From: an uncultured Verrucomicrobiae bacterium
Lineage (GTDB): Bacteria; Verrucomicrobiota; Verrucomicrobiia; Limisphaerales; Palsa-1400
Direction: 5' to 3'
Length of the DNA stretch: 64,000 nucleotides
Assembly: GCA_963702845.1 (NCBI GenBank)
Contig: OY969763.1
Coordinates: 2,624,001-2,688,000 of the forward strand
In this document: piece by piece, positions 61,888 to 64,000 of the stretch
Position numbering within the stretch: position 1 is the first letter of the stretch
Layout: the number at the start of each line of letters is the position of its first letter
Notes under the pieces: model-generated
Seen by the model: the letters and a program-made list of their open reading frames with translations, nothing else
What the model was told of the DNA's origin: nothing
Database searches by the model: none
Position numbers and translations under genes: made by a program

Positions 61888-62673
61888 GTGAAACGCATCA
61901 TCGTTCCCCTGCTCCTGCTGATTCTTGCAGCGGGAACGGTTGTGATTTTCAATTCCTGCGCAAGTTTCGAAGGGGGCACCGTCATCGCCCCGCCGCAGAT
62001 CGAAGGCGCGACTTACGTCGGCGACAAAGCTTGTGCTGATTGCCATGACAAGATCACTCGCGTCTTTCCATCGAGTCCGCACGCGCGCATCCGCGTATCC
62101 AACGCGAAAATGCCGAGCCAACAAGGCTGCGAATCGTGCCACGGCCCGGGAAGCAAACACGTGGCTGCCGGCGGACGCCGATTTATCATCAATCCCGGCA
62201 AACAACCCGAAGCCTGTTTCCAATGCCACATTTCCGCCAATGTTGAATTCCACCTGCCTCAGCACCACCCCGTCCTCGAAGGCAAAATGAACTGCGTCCA
62301 ATGCCACGATCCGCACGGTATGGACATCATGAAACCGCACGGCGGCCTTGCCATGGCACGCATGAACGAAGCGTGTTCCAATTGCCACCGCGAACAGACA
62401 AAACCACACGTATTCGAACATCCAGCTTTGCGCGAAGGCTGCACGACGTGTCATTCCCCTCACGGCTCAGTAAACGCAAAGCTCCTTACAATTCGCGACT
62501 CGAATCTTTGTCTGCGCTGCCACGCCCAAGTCCAAAAACCCAGCTTCGCACCGGGGACCATTTTCATCGGCAACATCAATCACACAACTTATCTGCACTA
62601 CGGCACCTGCTGGACCGCCGGTTGCCACAGCGCCGTGCACGGCTCGAACGTTCAACCCTATTATTTGTACTGA
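61888..62673 (+). CDS. DmsE/MtrA-like multiheme cytochrome c (7 CxxCH plus 1 CX4CH), probable lipoprotein
   Basis: CADCH, CESCH, CFQCH, CVQCH, CSNCH, CTTCH, CLRCH, CWTAGCH...VHGSN; FNSC lipobox-like. Confidence 0.9.
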   Translation: MKRIIVPLLLLILAAGTVVIFNSCASFEGGTVIAPPQIEGATYVGDKACADCHDKITRVFPSSPHARIRVSNAKMPSQQGCESCHGPGSKHVAAGGRRFIINPGKQPEACFQCHISANVEFHLPQHHPVLEGKMNCVQCHDPHGMDIMKPHGGLAMARMNEACSNCHREQTKPHVFEHPALREGCTTCHSPHGSVNAKLLTIRDSNLCLRCHAQVQKPSFAPGTIFIGNINHTTYLHYGTCWTAGCHSAVHGSNVQPYYLY

Positions 62674-62676
62674 GCC

Positions 62677-64000
62677 ATGGTCTATGCCTTCAACAGATCC
62701 GCGCGCGTGAGCAAGCGGTTTCGCACCGTGGCCGTGTGGATAACACACCGCTTGCTCACGCATGCGGCTCTGTTCATTTGCATCTCCGCCTCCGCAGCTT
62801 TGGACGCGACAAAACTTCCTCCACCTGCCAACGCTGAAATCGATTTCACGCGCGACATCAAACCAATCCTCGACCAATCCTGCATCCGCTGTCACGGCCC
62901 CGAACGTCCACGCAGCAAATTCCGTTTGGACAATCGCGAAGACGCATTGAAAGGCGGCAAAGACGGCGTCGACATCATTTCTCACAACAGCGCGAAAAGT
63001 TTGATGATCTATTACGTCGCCGGTTTGGTCGAAGACATGGAAATGCCGCCGCCCGACAAAGGCGCAAAACTCACTCCGAAACAAGTTGGATTGCTCCGCG
63101 CATGGATTGATCAAGGCTTGGCGTGGGATTCAGCGGCGCCAACAAACTATTCATCCGTCACGCTTTCTCCAACCGTCGGGTTCACATTTCTCACCGGTGA
63201 CAACCGTAAATTCCGCGAACACTACTGGCAATGCGAAGGCGCTAACGGCGGCGCGGAAAATTTCGAAATGTTCTATCAGGCTGATAAAAACACCAAAGTC
63301 TCGGTTACCGGCCATGCCTTGCTCGATGATTACGACGTATCGTACCAAGTTGATCGCAACGACCTCGGCTTCTTCCACACCGGCTTTCAGGAATACCGGA
63401 AATATTTTGACGACACCGGCGGTTACTTCCCTGGCATCGTGAACACGCCGCTCTCGCTCAATCGCGATCTCCACCTCGACATCGGCAAAGTTTGGGCCGA
63501 CTTCGGCGTGACATTGCCGAATTGGCCACGAATGGTTTTCGGTTACGAATACGATTTCAAACGCGGAGACGAATCCGACACCTCATGGAACTCGACACCC
63601 CACGGCGCGCCCAACCTCGGTCCGGGCAGTCGCAATTTGAATGAAGCCGTGCACATCGCGAAGTTCGACCTCGACGCTGAAGTCAGCGGCATCAGCATCG
63701 AAGACCGTTTCCGCGCTGAATTCTACTCGCTCAATTCCCACTACACCAACGCCGATGCCCGTGGCGGCAGTTTCGAAAATGTCACCGAAGCCAATCACTA
63801 TTTCCAGGGCGAGAACTCGCTGCGTCTCGAACGCAAAGTAAACGACTGGCTCTTCGCATCCGGCGGCTACTTCTTCAGTAAACTCAACGGTGATGGCAAT
63901 TTCTCTGACACAATCGTCAACGTGCGCGGCACTACACATTGCCAGCGTCCCGCAGATCACGCTCGAGCGCGAATCGCACATACTCAATCTCAACGGCCTC
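62677..64000 (+). CDS. Planctomycete-type cytochrome c domain fused to a probable outer-membrane beta-barrel (MtrB/PioB-like), partial
   Basis: Manual translation: IDFTRDIKPILDQSCIRCHG...MPP...LLRAWIDQG, then KFREHYW and aromatic amphipathic strands; runs off the window, probable frameshift near 63930. Confidence 0.78.
   Translation, partial: MVYAFNRSARVSKRFRTVAVWITHRLLTHAALFICISASAALDATKLPPPANAEIDFTRDIKPILDQSCIRCHGPERPRSKFRLDNREDALKGGKDGVDIISHNSAKSLMIYYVAGLVEDMEMPPPDKGAKLTPKQVGLLRAWIDQGLAWDSAAPTNYSSVTLSPTVGFTFLTGDNRKFREHYWQCEGANGGAENFEMFYQADKNTKVSVTGHALLDDYDVSYQVDRNDLGFFHTGFQEYRKYFDDTGGYFPGIVNTPLSLNRDLHLDIGKVWADFGVTLPNWPRMVFGYEYDFKRGDESDTSWNSTPHGAPNLGPGSRNLNEAVHIAKFDLDAEVSGISIEDRFRAEFYSLNSHYTNADARGGSFENVTEANHYFQGENSLRLERKVNDWLFASGGYFFSKLNGDGNFSDTIVNVRGTTHCQRPADHARARIAHTQSQRP

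Overview
Bacterial chromosomal window of moderately high GC. The gene content (prepilin/H-X9-DG proteins, ECF sigma factors with long C-terminal extensions, PATR and RCC1 surface proteins, planctomycete-type cytochrome c) points to a Verrucomicrobiota/PVC organism; this is an inference. Several genes carry single-base frameshifts, most likely long-read indel errors. The flanks are mostly housekeeping or conserved: tRNA-Asn, folE2, a PfkB kinase, a NadX-like gene and a Gfo/Idh/MocA gene on the left; a dksA-like gene, rpmG, rpsR, ftsK, ald, leuA with a Leu attenuator and a multiheme cytochrome-porin pair on the right. The most unusual part is a ~27.5 kb accessory region (14.1-41.6 kb) between two convergent anchor genes, with no recognisable integrase or transposase. 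It contains displaced, mostly synonymously diverged copies of the anchor genes' 3' ends. It also contains four units of the form [oxidoreductase 3'-end repeat]-[small minus-strand ORFan]-[conserved attC-like hairpin], which look like a cassette-accretion system. Other candidates are a promoter + small pseudoknotted RNA + boxA + 10-bp-phased repeat locus at 42.8-43.2 kb, and a 21-bp-period array next to an orphan gene at 38.5-39.5 kb.
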